Positions 1 to 11,132 are shown, counted from the first letter of the stretch. The stretch: DNA of 64,000 bases from an uncultured delta proteobacterium (GCA_963832165.1 CAWHTE010000001.1:96001-160000); one strand, 5' to 3'. Made by a program: numbers and translations. Notes: generated by a model not told the origin, from the sequence alone.

Positions 1-1365
1 ATCGCGACGCCCTACCGCATGCGCGAAGCCGGCGAGATCGACAATCCCGACCAGCGGATCGCCGACGACGCGCGCATGTTCACGACCACCACGCTCTCGT
101 TCGTGCTCATGGTGTTGAACGGCACGATCACGATCGTCGCGTTCGCGAGCGTGCTCTGGTCGATCACGCCGGTACTGTTCGCGGCCACGGTTGCGTACGC
201 GGCCGCGGGATCGATCCTGACCGTGTGGCTCGGCCGACCGCTGATCGGGCTCAGCTCCACGCAATCCGACCGCGAGGCCAGCTTCCGCGCCGATCTCGTG
301 CATGTGCGCGCCAACGCGGAATCCGTGGCGCTGCTGCGGCGCGAGGGGCGGCTGCGCACGCGCTTGTTGCGCCGTGTCGACGCGCTGACCGCGAATGCGC
401 GGCGCATGATCGCGGTGAACCGCAACGTCTCGTTCTTCACCGCGGGCTACAACTACCTGATCCAGATCATCCCGGCGTTGATCGTGGGCCCGCTGTTCAT
501 GCGCGGTGAGGTCGAGTTCGGAGTGATCACGCAGGCGGCGATGGCGTTCTCGCACCTGATCGGGGCGTTCTCGCTGATCGTCACGCAGTTCCAGTCGATC
601 TCCTCGTACGCCGCGGTGCTCACGCGCCTGCGCAACCTCTCCGAGGGCATGCACCAGGCGGCGTCGGCGTCGCCGATCGTGTTCGTCCAGGAGAAGGACG
701 CGCGCGTCGCGTTCGAGCACCTGACGCTGCGCTCGCCCGGCGATGGGCGCGTGCTGATCGCGGATCTCGACGTCGTGATCCCGTACGGCACGCGCGTGCT
801 GGTGTCGGGGGAGAATCACGCGGCGAAGGTCGCGCTGTTCCGCGCGGCGGCAGGGGTGTGGAGCACCGGCGAGGGTCGCATCCGGCTGCCCGAGCCGGAT
901 CAGATCATGTTCGTGGCCGAGCGGCCGTATCTGCCGCCGGGCACGCTGCGCGAGGCGCTCCTGCGCACGGGACGCGAGATCGATCACTCCGACGAGCGGG
1001 TCCTCGCGGTGCTCGAATCGCTCGGGCTCGAAGCGGTGGTGGAGAGAGTGGGTGGACTCGACGTCGAGCGCGATTGGGACGATCTGCTCGCACTCGGCGA
1101 GCAGCAGCGCGTGGTGATCGCGCGGCTCGTGCTCGCACAGCCGCGCTTCGGCGTGCTGCACCGCATCGACACGACGCTCTCGCCCGATCAGGTGTCGAGC
1201 ACGCTGCGTTTGCTCGCCGAGGCATCGCTCACCGCGATCGTGTTCGGAGGCGGGGACGGGCTCTCGGGCCATTTCGATTCCGTGCTCGAGCTCAAGAGCG
1301 ACGGAAACTGGAGCTACGGACCCGCGGACCGCGGACCCGCGCAGCGCGAGCGGAGCGCGGGCTGA
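1..1365 (+). CDS. ABC transporter fused permease/ATP-binding protein (YddA/ABCD-like), 5' partial, degenerate nucleotide-binding domain
   Basis: Frame open from base 1; IDNPDQRIADD motif, several TM helices, RPYLPPGTLRE and WDDLLALGEQQR; Walker A/B positions altered (GENHAAKV; GVLHRID). Confidence 0.85.
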   Translation: MATPYRMREAGEIDNPDQRIADDARMFTTTTLSFVLMVLNGTITIVAFASVLWSITPVLFAATVAYAAAGSILTVWLGRPLIGLSSTQSDREASFRADLVHVRANAESVALLRREGRLRTRLLRRVDALTANARRMIAVNRNVSFFTAGYNYLIQIIPALIVGPLFMRGEVEFGVITQAAMAFSHLIGAFSLIVTQFQSISSYAAVLTRLRNLSEGMHQAASASPIVFVQEKDARVAFEHLTLRSPGDGRVLIADLDVVIPYGTRVLVSGENHAAKVALFRAAAGVWSTGEGRIRLPEPDQIMFVAERPYLPPGTLREALLRTGREIDHSDERVLAVLESLGLEAVVERVGGLDVERDWDDLLALGEQQRVVIARLVLAQPRFGVLHRIDTTLSPDQVSSTLRLLAEASLTAIVFGGGDGLSGHFDSVLELKSDGNWSYGPADRGPAQRERSAG

Positions 1366-1397
1366 CCGCGGTCGTCTTTCACCGCTGACGCGGTACC

Positions 1398-2177
1398 TTG
1401 CGACCCGTGGAGAAACCCCGCACGAGCTGGCTGCACCAGGTCGCACCGTTCGCGGTGATCGGGCTCGCGCTCGCCGCGTGGTGGGGCGCCGCCGCGCAGA
1501 GCGCGATCTTCCCGACGCCGCTCGAGGTCGTGGCGGGGATCGGCGAGCTCGCGCGCGAGGGCACGCTCGCGCGACACGTGATGGCGTCGCTGTTTCGCGT
1601 GACGGTCGGCTACGGCGCGGCGCTCGCGCTCGCGATTCCGCTCGGCAGCTTGATGGGCTGGTACGGCGGCGTGTTCCGCGCGTTCAACCCGATGATCCAG
1701 CTGCTGCGGCCGATCTCCCCGATCGCGTGGATCCCGCTCGCGATCCTGTGGTTCGGCGTCGGCGACGAGTCGCCGACGTTCCTCATCTTCCTCTCGTCGT
1801 TCTTTCCGGTCGTGGTGGCCACCACCGCGGGCGTCCATCTCGTCGAGCGCCGCTATGTCCAGGCCGCGCAGAACTTCGGCGTGGACGGGCTGCGCATGTT
1901 CCGCACCGTGGTGTTCCCGGCGGCGCTGCCGGAGATCGTCACGGGAATGCGGATCGGTCTCGGCGTCGCGTGGCTCGTGGTGGTGGCAGCCGAGATGGTC
2001 GCGATCAACTCCGGGCTCGGTTACCTGATCATCGACGCGCGCAACGCGGGCACGCGCTACGACCTCGTGGTGGCGGGCATGGTGTTGATCGGCGCGATCG
2101 GCTTCGGGCTCGACCTCTCGATGCGCCGTCTCGAGCTGCTCGACGTCGTGCGCTGGCGTTACGACCGTGCCCGTTAA
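1398..2177 (+). CDS. ABC transporter permease, nitrate/sulfonate/taurine family
   Basis: RPISPIAWIPLAILWFG, EAA-type loop (VQAAQNFG), VVVAAEM, GLGYLI; start codon uncertain. Confidence 0.9.
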   Translation: MRPVEKPRTSWLHQVAPFAVIGLALAAWWGAAAQSAIFPTPLEVVAGIGELAREGTLARHVMASLFRVTVGYGAALALAIPLGSLMGWYGGVFRAFNPMIQLLRPISPIAWIPLAILWFGVGDESPTFLIFLSSFFPVVVATTAGVHLVERRYVQAAQNFGVDGLRMFRTVVFPAALPEIVTGMRIGLGVAWLVVVAAEMVAINSGLGYLIIDARNAGTRYDLVVAGMVLIGAIGFGLDLSMRRLELLDVVRWRYDRAR

Positions 2178-4246
2178 GATCTCGATCCGCGATCTCTGGA
2201 AGTCGTATCCGCTCGAGGACGGCCGCCTGTCCGCGGTCGAGGACGTGAGCTTCGAGCTCGCCGACGGCGAGTTCGTATCGATCGTGGGTCCGTCGGGCTG
2301 CGGAAAATCGACGCTCCTGCACATGCTCGCGGGCTTCGAGCGGCCGGATCGCGGCGAGATCCAGATGGACGGCCGCGCGGTCGAGCGGCCGAGCCCGCGC
2401 GCGGTGCTGATCGCACAGCGCGGCTCGGTGTTCCCGTGGATGACCGTGCGGCGCAATCTGCTGTTCGGCGCGGTGCAGCGCTCTCGCGAAGAGCGCGAGG
2501 AGACGGTGCGCCGCTACATCGAGCTGGTCGGCCTCGTCGGATTCGAAGACAGCTTCCCCGGGCAGCTCTCGGGCGGGATGCTGCAGCGCGTGGAGGTTGC
2601 GCGTGCGCTGATGGCGCGCCCCGACGTGCTCTACATGGACGAGCCGTTCGGCGCGCTCGACGCGCTCACGCGCCTGCGCATGCGCTGCGAGCTGCAGAGC
2701 ATCCTCGCGCGCGACCGCCACACCTGTCTGCTCGTCACGCACGACGTCGACGAGGCGCTGCACCTCTCGGACCGCGTGGTGGTGATGACGCCGCGCCCGG
2801 GGCGGATCCAGTGCGTGGTCGAGGTCGACACGCCGCACCCGCGCGCGCTCTCGAACCCCGCGCTCGTGGCGCTGAAGCAGCGCCTGCTGCGCGAGCTGGG
2901 GGTTCCCGACGGCGAAGTCGAGCGCGACACGGCCGCGCCGCATCCGCGCGCGCCAGCGCGGCCGCGCGCGCTGCGGAGCGCGCCACCCGCATCCGATCCG
3001 TCGCCCGCGCGCGCGGACGTCGTGGTGGTCGGCGGCGGGCCCGCGGGCGCCAGTGCGGCCGCGATCCTCGCCGAGAACGGGCTCCGCGTGCTCGTGCTCG
3101 AGCGCGAGTCGTTCCCGCGCTATCACGTCGGCGAGTCGCTCCTGCCGGCGCTCTGGGAGCACTGGGATCGCCTCGGGGTGACCGAGCAGATCGAGTCCGC
3201 GGGCTTCGTCGTGAAGCAGGGGATCCGGTTCGCGCGCTCCGACGACCCCAAAGACGTGGTGCTGCTCTCGGCGCAGTACCCGGAGTACTTCCCGCGCTCC
3301 TACACCTATCACGTCGATCGAGCGCGCTTCGACGCGCTCCTGCTCGACAACGCGCGCGCCAAGGGCGCCGACGTACGCGAGGGATGGACGGTCTCGGACG
3401 TGGTGATGGACGGACGACTGGGTGAAGGGCGTGCTCGCGGCGCCGAACGGCGAGGCACCGCGGCCGATCGCCGCCGACGTGGTGATCGATGCGACGGGCC
3501 GCGACTGCCTGATCGCGCGCCGCATGGGCTGGCGACGGCCCGATCCCTCGCTGAACAAGGTCGCCCACTTCACGCAGTACGCGGGCGGGCGGCGCAGCAA
3601 AGTGGGAGATCTGCTGCATCCCACCGATCGGATCGCCGGCGCCACCACCACCGACGTGCACACGGTCGACGGCGGATGGCTCTGGTACATCCCGCTGCAC
3701 GGCGACGTCGTGAGCGTGGGCGCGGTGCTCGACGCGCACCGCGCGGGTCGCGTTGCGCGCGAGCCCGAGGCGGTGTTCGAAGCCGCGCTGGCCGCGTGCC
3801 CGAGGGTGCGCGCGCAGCTCGAGGGTGCGCGCCGCACGATGCCCGTGCAGACGATCTCGGGAATCTCGTACATCAACGAGTCGTTCGCGGGCAACGGCTT
3901 CGTGCTCGTGGGCGATGCGTCGATGTTCGTCGACCCGATCTTCTCGGCGGGTGTCACGCTCGCGGTGCGCGGCGGGATCTACGCCGCCGACACGATCCTC
4001 GACGCGTTCCAGCTCCGCGACTTCAGCGCCGCGCGTCTCGCGTCGTACGAGGCGCGCATCCGCCCGCCGATGGACCGGATCTTCGAGCTGATCCGGCTCT
4101 GGTACGACGGCATCGATCGCCCGGACGACATGATCCGCCGCTCGCGCGACCTGCCCTGGCTGCGCGAGCGCCTCGTCGTGCTGCTCTCGGGCGGCTACGA
4201 CAAGATGGACCTCGAGTCGTTTGCGCGCGCGCTGCGCGCATCGTGA
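2167..4246 (+). CDS. ABC ATPase (NitT/TauT type) fused to flavin-dependent halogenase-like oxidoreductase; frameshift near 3420
   Basis: GPSGCGKS, LSGGM, MDEPF, VTHD, then a Pro/Ala linker and in-frame GGGPAG, RYHVGESLLP; after the frame change (ORF 3422..4246) DATGR, GWLWYIP, GDASMFVDPIFSAGV. Confidence 0.8.
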
Positions 4247-4253
4247 GGCGCGC

Positions 4254-5117
4254 ATGATCGTCGGGCGAGTGAAGGAGATCTGGCGCTACCCCGTGAAGTC
4301 GATGGCGGGGGAGCGCCTGGAGCGCAGCGCGATCGATCGGGGCGGGTTGCCCGGCGACCGCTCGTGGGCCACGCGCGACGAGAGGCGCGGAGGGATCCGC
4401 GGCGCGAAGAAGATCCCGGACCTGATGCGCTGCCACGCGCGCTTCGTCGAGCCGCCGACGCGACAGCGGCCCGGCGCTCCCGAGATCACGCTGCCCGACG
4501 GGTCACGCCTGCGCGCGGATGCGCCCGACGCCGCTGCGCGCGTCTCCGCTGCGGTGGGCAACGAGGTCACCCTGTGGCCGCTCCAGCCCGCCGATGCGCT
4601 CGACCACTACCGCCGCGGCGCGCCCGATCACGCCGACGTCGCGACCGAGCTGCGCGCGATGTTCGGCCGCGAGCCGGACGAGCCGCTGCCGAACCTCGGC
4701 GCTTTCCCTCCCGAGCTGATGCAGTACGAGTCGCCGCCGGGAACCTACTTCGACGCGTTCCCACTGCTGCTGCTCACGACCGCCTCGCTCGCGCGGCTGG
4801 CGCAGGCGGCGCCGCAATCGCGCGTCGACGTGCGGCGCTTCCGGCCCAACCTGCTGATCGAGACGCCGCCCGATCTCGAGGGATACGTCGAGAGCGCGTG
4901 GGCGGGCCGCAAGCTGCGCGTGGGTGGGCTGGAGATCGAGTGCACGCTCGCGTGCCCGCGCTGCGTGATGATCACGCACGGCTTCGACGATCTGCCAAAG
5001 GACCCCGCGATCATGCGCGCCGTCGTACGCGACGCGGACCAGTCGATGGGCGTCTACGCGCGCGCGCTCGGTGCCGCGCGCGTCGCGATCGACGATGTGG
5101 TGGAGCTCGTCGAGTAG
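4254..5117 (+). CDS. MOSC domain-containing protein
   Basis: IWRYPVKSMAGE, GDR, RRFRPNL and CPRC motifs; ATG at 4254. Confidence 0.9.
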   Translation: MIVGRVKEIWRYPVKSMAGERLERSAIDRGGLPGDRSWATRDERRGGIRGAKKIPDLMRCHARFVEPPTRQRPGAPEITLPDGSRLRADAPDAAARVSAAVGNEVTLWPLQPADALDHYRRGAPDHADVATELRAMFGREPDEPLPNLGAFPPELMQYESPPGTYFDAFPLLLLTTASLARLAQAAPQSRVDVRRFRPNLLIETPPDLEGYVESAWAGRKLRVGGLEIECTLACPRCVMITHGFDDLPKDPAIMRAVVRDADQSMGVYARALGAARVAIDDVVELVE

Positions 5118-5161
5118 CCTAGGACGGGACGGGCGCTCGGGACGCTCGAAAAACTAACAGT

Positions 5162-6018
5162 ATGGCCGGCAAGCTGCTCCTTATCGCTGGCGCGGTCGCG
5201 CTTCTGGTGAGTGCAGGGGTCGTCTGGGCGCTCGGGTCTGCGCTCTCTGCTGCGGCGCCGCGGGAGATCGGCGCGCCACCGGCCGGTCTCGACGCGCAGC
5301 CGTGCTTCCGAGCGAGTCGGGCAGCTCGATCCATTGCTGGATTGCGCACGGCCGCACGGGCGGTGGAGGCGTCGTGCTCGCCCATTCCGTACGCTCGAAT
5401 CGCCTCGAGCTGGTCGGGCGCGCTCGGTTCCTGCAAGCTGCGGGATATGCGGTGCTGCTCTTCGACGCCCAGGCGCACGGTGAGAGTCCCGGCGAGTACA
5501 TCACGTTCGGCCACCTCGAGTCGCGCGACGCAGCAGCGGCAGTGGCCTTCGTGCGCGATCGGATTCCACACGAGAGGATCGCCTACCTGGGAGTGTCGCA
5601 GGGCGGCGCCGCGGCGCTGCTCGCGTCCCCCCCACTGCCCGTCGATGCGCTGGTTATCGAGGCGGTCTATCCCACGCTGCGCGACGCGGTCCGCGACCGC
5701 ATCGCGATCCGCGCCGGCCCGCTGGCGCATCTGCTCGCGCCGCTGCTGCTAGGCCAGGTCTACCTGCGGCTGGGTGTCGCTGCGGACGCGATCGCTCCGA
5801 TCGAGGGGATCCGTCGCATCCGCGCCCCGCTGCTTCTTGTCGCCGGGGAGGTGGACCGCCATACGCGACTCGAAGAATCGCGGGCGCTCTTCGCCGCAGC
5901 GCCCGAGCCGAAGACGCTCTGGGTGATCCCGGGCGCCGCGCACCAGAGCTTCCACGCGTTCACCCGGGTGGAATACGAGCGGCGCGTGCTCGACTTTCTC
6001 GCGCGCACGCTTCGCTAG
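5162..6018 (+). CDS. Alpha/beta hydrolase with N-terminal signal/anchor; frameshift near 5300
   Basis: Hydrophobic N-terminus in ORF 5162 continues into ORF 5302..6018 with DAQAHGES, GVSQGG nucleophile elbow, GEVD and GAAH. Confidence 0.8.
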
Positions 6019-6287
6019 CGCCACTTCGAGAAGAGCCAGAGCGCGACGGAGAGCACGGCGCTCACGAGCGGTCTGCTCGCAATGCACGACCGAGGGAGCC
6101 CACATGGGTGAGCATATGGCTCCTCGCCAGCGCTTGCGGTCGCTGAAGAGATTTGGTGCGCTGTATTGCTTCGAGGCAGAAGATCTGGGTGGCCTCCGCG
6201 TCGACTAACGTCTAATGGCGACGACTAATGCACAATTTATCGACGGCCTATTGATCCGAGTGGATCATCGCCCTAATCTACACTTCG

Positions 6288-6971
6288 ATGCGTCGTGTAG
6301 CGGAACAGCTCGAGCTAGATCCGGTCCGACATGGGGGTCGAAGACCGAGCGCCGGGCGGAAGGCAGGGCCGAATCCGCGCATTCGACATCGGTCGCGAGG
6401 CGCGTTTGCGCATCGCGTTCCTTGTCACGTGACTTTGAAGGTCCGCGAAGGGATTCCGTCGCTGCGCACCGTCCGACTCGTGCGCGAGCTCGAGCGTAGC
6501 TTTGCCGCCAGCTGCGAGCGGAACGACTTTCGGCTGGTCCACTATTCGATCCAGGGAAACCATGCGCACCTGATCGTCGAAGCGGACAGCGAAGCTGCAC
6601 TCGGCCGCGGGATGAAGGCGATCGGTTCACGGCTCGCTAGATCAGTGAACCGCGTCTTCAGGCTTTCAGGACCGGTCCTGGCCGATCGGTATCACCTGCA
6701 CGTGCTCCGCACGCCGCGCGAGGTGCGAAATGGGCTCGCTTACGTGCTGTTGAACACACGTCGGCACGCCCCGAGGGCCGGCCGCACGCTTTCGCGTGCG
6801 TACGGAATCGATCCCGCGTCGTCGGGGCGCTGGTTCGATGGATGGAGCCGTCCATGCGGCGCCGCCGGACCCTCGAGTCCTGCACCTACCGCCTTGCCAC
6901 GAAGCTGGTTGCTCGCGGTAGGATGGAGACGAGCCGGACTCATCGATCCAGACGCGATTCCGGGACGCTGA
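6288..6971 (+). mobile_element. REP-associated tyrosine transposase (RAYT / IS200-like HUH Y1 transposase)
   Basis: HVTLKV, HYSIQGNHAHLIVEA (HUH), DRYH, LAYVLLN (catalytic Tyr); visibly lower GC than the flanks; no tnpB. Confidence 0.85.
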
Positions 6972-7066
6972 CGCCGTTCTGGTTCGATCCGCGGCCCCGG
7001 CCGGCCGTTCCGCCCGGCCGGCGGTCCCTTTCCTCAAAGCAAAACAGCCGAACGCGCGGCAGGTAG

Positions 7067-8482
7067 CTACCGCTGCACCTTCCCGGTCGTCGTGCGTGCG
7101 AGCGAGTCGACGATCCGGAACTCGCGCGGAACCTTGTAGGCGGGCAGTGCAGCGCGGCACGCGGCGATCAGCGCCGCGCGCGCGGGCGCGCGCTCGGGAT
7201 CCTCGGCGACGATCTCGGCGACCGGAATCTCGCCGAGCCGCTCGTGCTCGCGCGAGAACACGCGGCACTCGCGCACGCCCGGAACGGCCGCGATCACGTC
7301 CTCCACCTCTTCGCAGAAGAACTTCATGCCGGCCATGTTGATCCGGTTGTGGCGCCGGCCCGCGAGGAAGAGCGTGCCGTCGGCGTCGAAGAAGCCCTGA
7401 TCGCCGGTGCGGAAGCCGTCGGGCTCGAGCAGCCGCGCCGACGGCGTCCACGGCGAGAGATAGGCGTCGAACAGGCCCGGCCCGCGGATGCAGATCTCGC
7501 CCGTGCGCTCGGGAGAGCCGGGGCCGAGGATCGGCTTCCCTTCGTCGTCGCGCAGCCACACGTCGTAGGCGGGCAGCGGACGGCCTAGCGCGGTCGGCTT
7601 GCTCTCGGACTCGGAGCTGTTGAGCACGGGCAGCCCGACCTCGATGATGCCGAGCGCCTGGGCCAGTGCGAGGCCGAAGCGCGCGCGGAAGCCCGCGGCG
7701 ATCTCCGCGCGCAGACCCTCGGCCGTGGAGATCGCGAGGCGCACGTCGAGCCCGATCTCCGACGCATCCTTCGCGAGCAGCGAGTAGTGGAACGGCGACG
7801 CGTACGAGAGCGTCGCGCGCTCGCGCTGCGCGAACTCGAGTACGGGCCGCGCGAGCGAGCTCGCGGGCAAGAGGATCGTCGCCCCGAAGCGCAGGTAGAG
7901 CAGGATCGACACCACGAAGTGGTGGGCCATCGGCAGGAGCCACAGGATCCGGTCGTCGGGACCGATCGCGAGCGCCTGGTTCGCGGCGATCAGCCGCTCC
8001 GCGATCCGCGCGTGCGACAGCACCACTCCCTTGCGCTCGCTCGTGGTGCCCGAGGTGAAGCGCAGATACGCCGGGTCGAGTGCGCGGAACTCCCGCTCTT
8101 CGCGCAGCGCGCCGGGCCACGGCCGACACGTGAATCCGTCGTCCTCCGCGACGAGGCGCTGGAGCTGCGCCGCGTCGGCGAATCGATCGCGCGCGGCGCC
8201 GGCCGCGTCGTCGGGGATCGGCACGAGACAGCCACCCGCGGCCAGGATCGCGAGCGCGTGCTCGATGAAGCCCTCGCCCTGCCGCGCGACGAGACCGCAG
8301 CGCTCGCCGCGCGCGAGGCCCGCGGCGCGCAGCCGCGCTGCACCCGCGTCGAAGCGCGCGACCAGCTCGGCGTAGGAGGTCACCTGCGTCGCCCCCCCGT
8401 GATCCGCGCACAGCGCAGGGTGATCCGGGTGCGCGCGTGCGTGGGCGCGGATCGCGTCGATCGGGGCGGCGGGCGGGCTCAC
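7067..8482 (-). CDS. AMP-dependent acyl-CoA/acyl-ACP ligase
   Basis: FTSGTTSERKG, FRTGD, LAGR, terminal TGKVQR; GTG start overlaps the upstream TGA (8479-8482). Confidence 0.9.
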   Translation of the reverse strand: MSPPAAPIDAIRAHARAHPDHPALCADHGGATQVTSYAELVARFDAGAARLRAAGLARGERCGLVARQGEGFIEHALAILAAGGCLVPIPDDAAGAARDRFADAAQLQRLVAEDDGFTCRPWPGALREEREFRALDPAYLRFTSGTTSERKGVVLSHARIAERLIAANQALAIGPDDRILWLLPMAHHFVVSILLYLRFGATILLPASSLARPVLEFAQRERATLSYASPFHYSLLAKDASEIGLDVRLAISTAEGLRAEIAAGFRARFGLALAQALGIIEVGLPVLNSSESESKPTALGRPLPAYDVWLRDDEGKPILGPGSPERTGEICIRGPGLFDAYLSPWTPSARLLEPDGFRTGDQGFFDADGTLFLAGRRHNRINMAGMKFFCEEVEDVIAAVPGVRECRVFSREHERLGEIPVAEIVAEDPERAPARAALIAACRAALPAYKVPREFRIVDSLARTTTGKVQR

Positions 8483-9777
8483 GGAAGCGGATAGCCGTCG
8501 GCCTGGGCCAGGATCCGCTCGCGCACGTGCTCGGGATCCACCGACGCGAGCTGGGTGTTCTCGCGCGCGGCGAGCGCGGCGGCGATGCCGATCGCCTCGC
8601 CCGTGGCGAGCGCCGTGCCGATCACGCGCAGCGCCCCGAGCGCCTCGTGAGTGGCGGACAAACAGCGACCCGCCATCCCCAGCATCGGGGCGCTCTTCGA
8701 GACGAGCGCGCCGAGCGGCACCGAGCACGGACCCTGTGGATACTCGTAACGCGGGCGGCGGTGATCTTCCCAGAGCTCGATCGGCCACGAGGACAGCGCG
8801 ACCTCTTCGCGAAAGCGCCGGCCCTCGAGCACGTCCTCGCGCGACAGCTCGATGCGTCCGATCGCGCGGCGCGTCTCGCGGATCCCGACGCGCGCGGGCC
8901 AGTCGGCGACGCGCGCGGCGGCGAACCCGGGCCGCGACGTGCGCAGGAACCCCACCACCTGCCGCGCCCAGTCGTACGCGCGCACGCGCAGCGCGGCGAG
9001 ATAGTCGGGATCGAGCGGCTCGAACGGCCGGCCTGCGAGCGGCGGAATCGTGAGCGTCGCGTAGAGCGAGCCGGGACGGACGTCGCCGCGCACCACGAGC
9101 GACTCGCATTCGGGCGGGAGCCCGCCGCTACGAGCTGCGTGCGCCACCGACGACGACAGGCGCAGCCGCTCGAAACCTGCGAACGCCTCGCCCACCACGC
9201 CCTCGAGCCGGAAGATGAACGACGGGCGCTGCAGGATCCTGCCCTCGGCCATCGCGGTTTCGGCGCCGCCGAGCGATGCCGCGGCCGCTTCGCCGCTCGT
9301 GTCGATCACCACGCGCGCCTCGAGCGCGTCGGTGCCCGAGGGCCCGCGCAGCGAGAGCTGCGACGCGCGCCGCGAGCTCTGCGCGAGCTCGGCGCCGACC
9401 AGTGCCGTGCGCGTGCGCACGATCAGGCCCGGCGTCTTTGCGCACGTCTGCGCGGCGAGCTCCGCGAACACGGGCGGGCGGATCGGCAGATAGCGCACGC
9501 GTCCCGCGACCTCGGGGTCGCCGGCACCGCCCGCGCGCGCGAGCGCCTCGGCAAAGCGCGAGGGCAGGCCGGGATGGATGAGCTGCGGATAGTCGGTGTC
9601 CTGGAGGTAGAGGCCGCAGATCGTGTGTACGAGCGCGTGGGTAGCGTTGCCGCCCAGCGCGGGATCGCGCTCGACGAGCACCGTCGCCGCGCCCGACGCG
9701 GAAGCCGCGAGCGCCGCGGCGATGCCGGCGGGCCCGCCGCCCACCACGGCCACATCGCAGTGTGCTGCGCCCGTCAA
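8479..9777 (-). CDS. FAD-dependent oxidoreductase (FAD_oxidored type)
   Basis: DVAVVGGGPAG, LGGNAT, IDTSGE, GIRETRR, AGRCLSA; TTG start overlaps the upstream stop. Confidence 0.85.
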   Translation of the reverse strand: MTGAAHCDVAVVGGGPAGIAAALAASASGAATVLVERDPALGGNATHALVHTICGLYLQDTDYPQLIHPGLPSRFAEALARAGGAGDPEVAGRVRYLPIRPPVFAELAAQTCAKTPGLIVRTRTALVGAELAQSSRRASQLSLRGPSGTDALEARVVIDTSGEAAAASLGGAETAMAEGRILQRPSFIFRLEGVVGEAFAGFERLRLSSSVAHAARSGGLPPECESLVVRGDVRPGSLYATLTIPPLAGRPFEPLDPDYLAALRVRAYDWARQVVGFLRTSRPGFAAARVADWPARVGIRETRRAIGRIELSREDVLEGRRFREEVALSSWPIELWEDHRRPRYEYPQGPCSVPLGALVSKSAPMLGMAGRCLSATHEALGALRVIGTALATGEAIGIAAALAARENTQLASVDPEHVRERILAQADGYPLP

Positions 9778-11132
9778 CCGAGCAGATCCGCTGCGAGCTG
9801 ATCGCGAAACACCTCGAGCTCGCCGGGTCGCCACGCATCGCGCTGACGCACATGCGTGTAGCCGACGCGGCCCGCGTGGAACGCGAGCACGAGCGCGCTG
9901 CCGGGCGACGCCGGAACCGAGGGCACGCCGAAGCCGTCTTCGATCGGAGCCCCGAAGAAGCTCTCGAGCCCGGGACAGAACTCGCCCGTGTATGCGAAGA
10001 AGAACGAGCACAGCTCGCCGCCGAGCGGGCGGCGCGCGAGGGTCCCGTACAAGCGGCTCGGCGCGAGACGCGCGAAGTCCATCGCCGCGACCCCGTTCTC
10101 GATCTGGCCGCTTCGGATCGCGCGCCGGCGCTGCTCCTTGAGCTCCCCGAGCAGCGCAGCGAGATCGTCGACGCACGGGGTCGGTACCTGGAACCAGAGC
10201 AGCGACACGCGCGTGCGGAAGATCGCGCCGTCGCTGCCCTTGGGCCGCAGATTCACGGGCAGCGGCACGACGTAGCTCGCCGGCACCGTTCCGCGCCGGC
10301 GCATCACGGCGTGGTGTGCGCGGATCGCCGCGCCCAGATAGAAGATCATCGGCGTGAGGAAGCCCGCGAGCTCACGCGCGCGCTTCAGGATCTGCACGCT
10401 GTCGGCGCGGCTCATGTGATGGCGCGAAACCGTGAGGTCCTGGCGCGCGCCGTGTTCGGGTCCCGCCGGTGAGCACACGGGCAGGCGTCCGAGCCCGTTC
10501 ATCCAGCGCTGCCACTCCATGGCCATGTTGCCGCGCTCGCTCGAGCGTTCGGGCAGCTCGACGTCGGGCGGCGCACCGGGCCGATCGGCCGCGGGCACCG
10601 CATCGGGTGCGCGCGTGCCCGCACCGCACTCGGCCAGGAACTCGACGAAACGCTCGCTGCCCCAGCCGTCGAAGAGCATGTGCAGCCACGTGAGTGCGAG
10701 ATCGGTGTGGCCGTTCGCATAACGCACGGCGTCTGCGCGCAGGAGGCCCGCGCGGCCATCGGGGTGCAGCTCGTTCAGCCGCTCGGAAAAGAGCTCCGGG
10801 AGCACGGCGGGGGCATCCCAATCGCCCGGAGGCGCGCCGCGCGACTCGTGCAGCTCGAACGTGGGTCCGGCCGCGCGCGCGGCGAGATCGAGTCGATACT
10901 CGGCGAGTCCGACGACCGCACGGCGGCGGATCGGCGCTCGCAGGATCGGGTTCGCCTCCACCACCTCGCGCAGAACGCGCTCGAACGTGTCGGGCGCGAA
11001 GCCGGGACCGAGCCGGAGCACGATCTGGGACAGATGATTGGCGCGGTTCCGGCGCCGCGTCTCGGCGTCGAACGCGAGCAGGAAGGCGTCGGCCCCGGTC
11101 AACGGGAGCCGGTCATTCGCCGCGCGAAACAT
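9774..11132 (-). CDS. Stand-alone condensation-domain / CoA-dependent acyltransferase-like protein
   Basis: LTGAD N-terminus, NPILR, WLHMLFDGWG (HxxxDG), PVNLR; 452 aa; directly downstream of an ACP. Confidence 0.7.
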   Translation of the reverse strand: MFRAANDRLPLTGADAFLLAFDAETRRRNRANHLSQIVLRLGPGFAPDTFERVLREVVEANPILRAPIRRRAVVGLAEYRLDLAARAAGPTFELHESRGAPPGDWDAPAVLPELFSERLNELHPDGRAGLLRADAVRYANGHTDLALTWLHMLFDGWGSERFVEFLAECGAGTRAPDAVPAADRPGAPPDVELPERSSERGNMAMEWQRWMNGLGRLPVCSPAGPEHGARQDLTVSRHHMSRADSVQILKRARELAGFLTPMIFYLGAAIRAHHAVMRRRGTVPASYVVPLPVNLRPKGSDGAIFRTRVSLLWFQVPTPCVDDLAALLGELKEQRRRAIRSGQIENGVAAMDFARLAPSRLYGTLARRPLGGELCSFFFAYTGEFCPGLESFFGAPIEDGFGVPSVPASPGSALVLAFHAGRVGYTHVRQRDAWRPGELEVFRDQLAADLLG

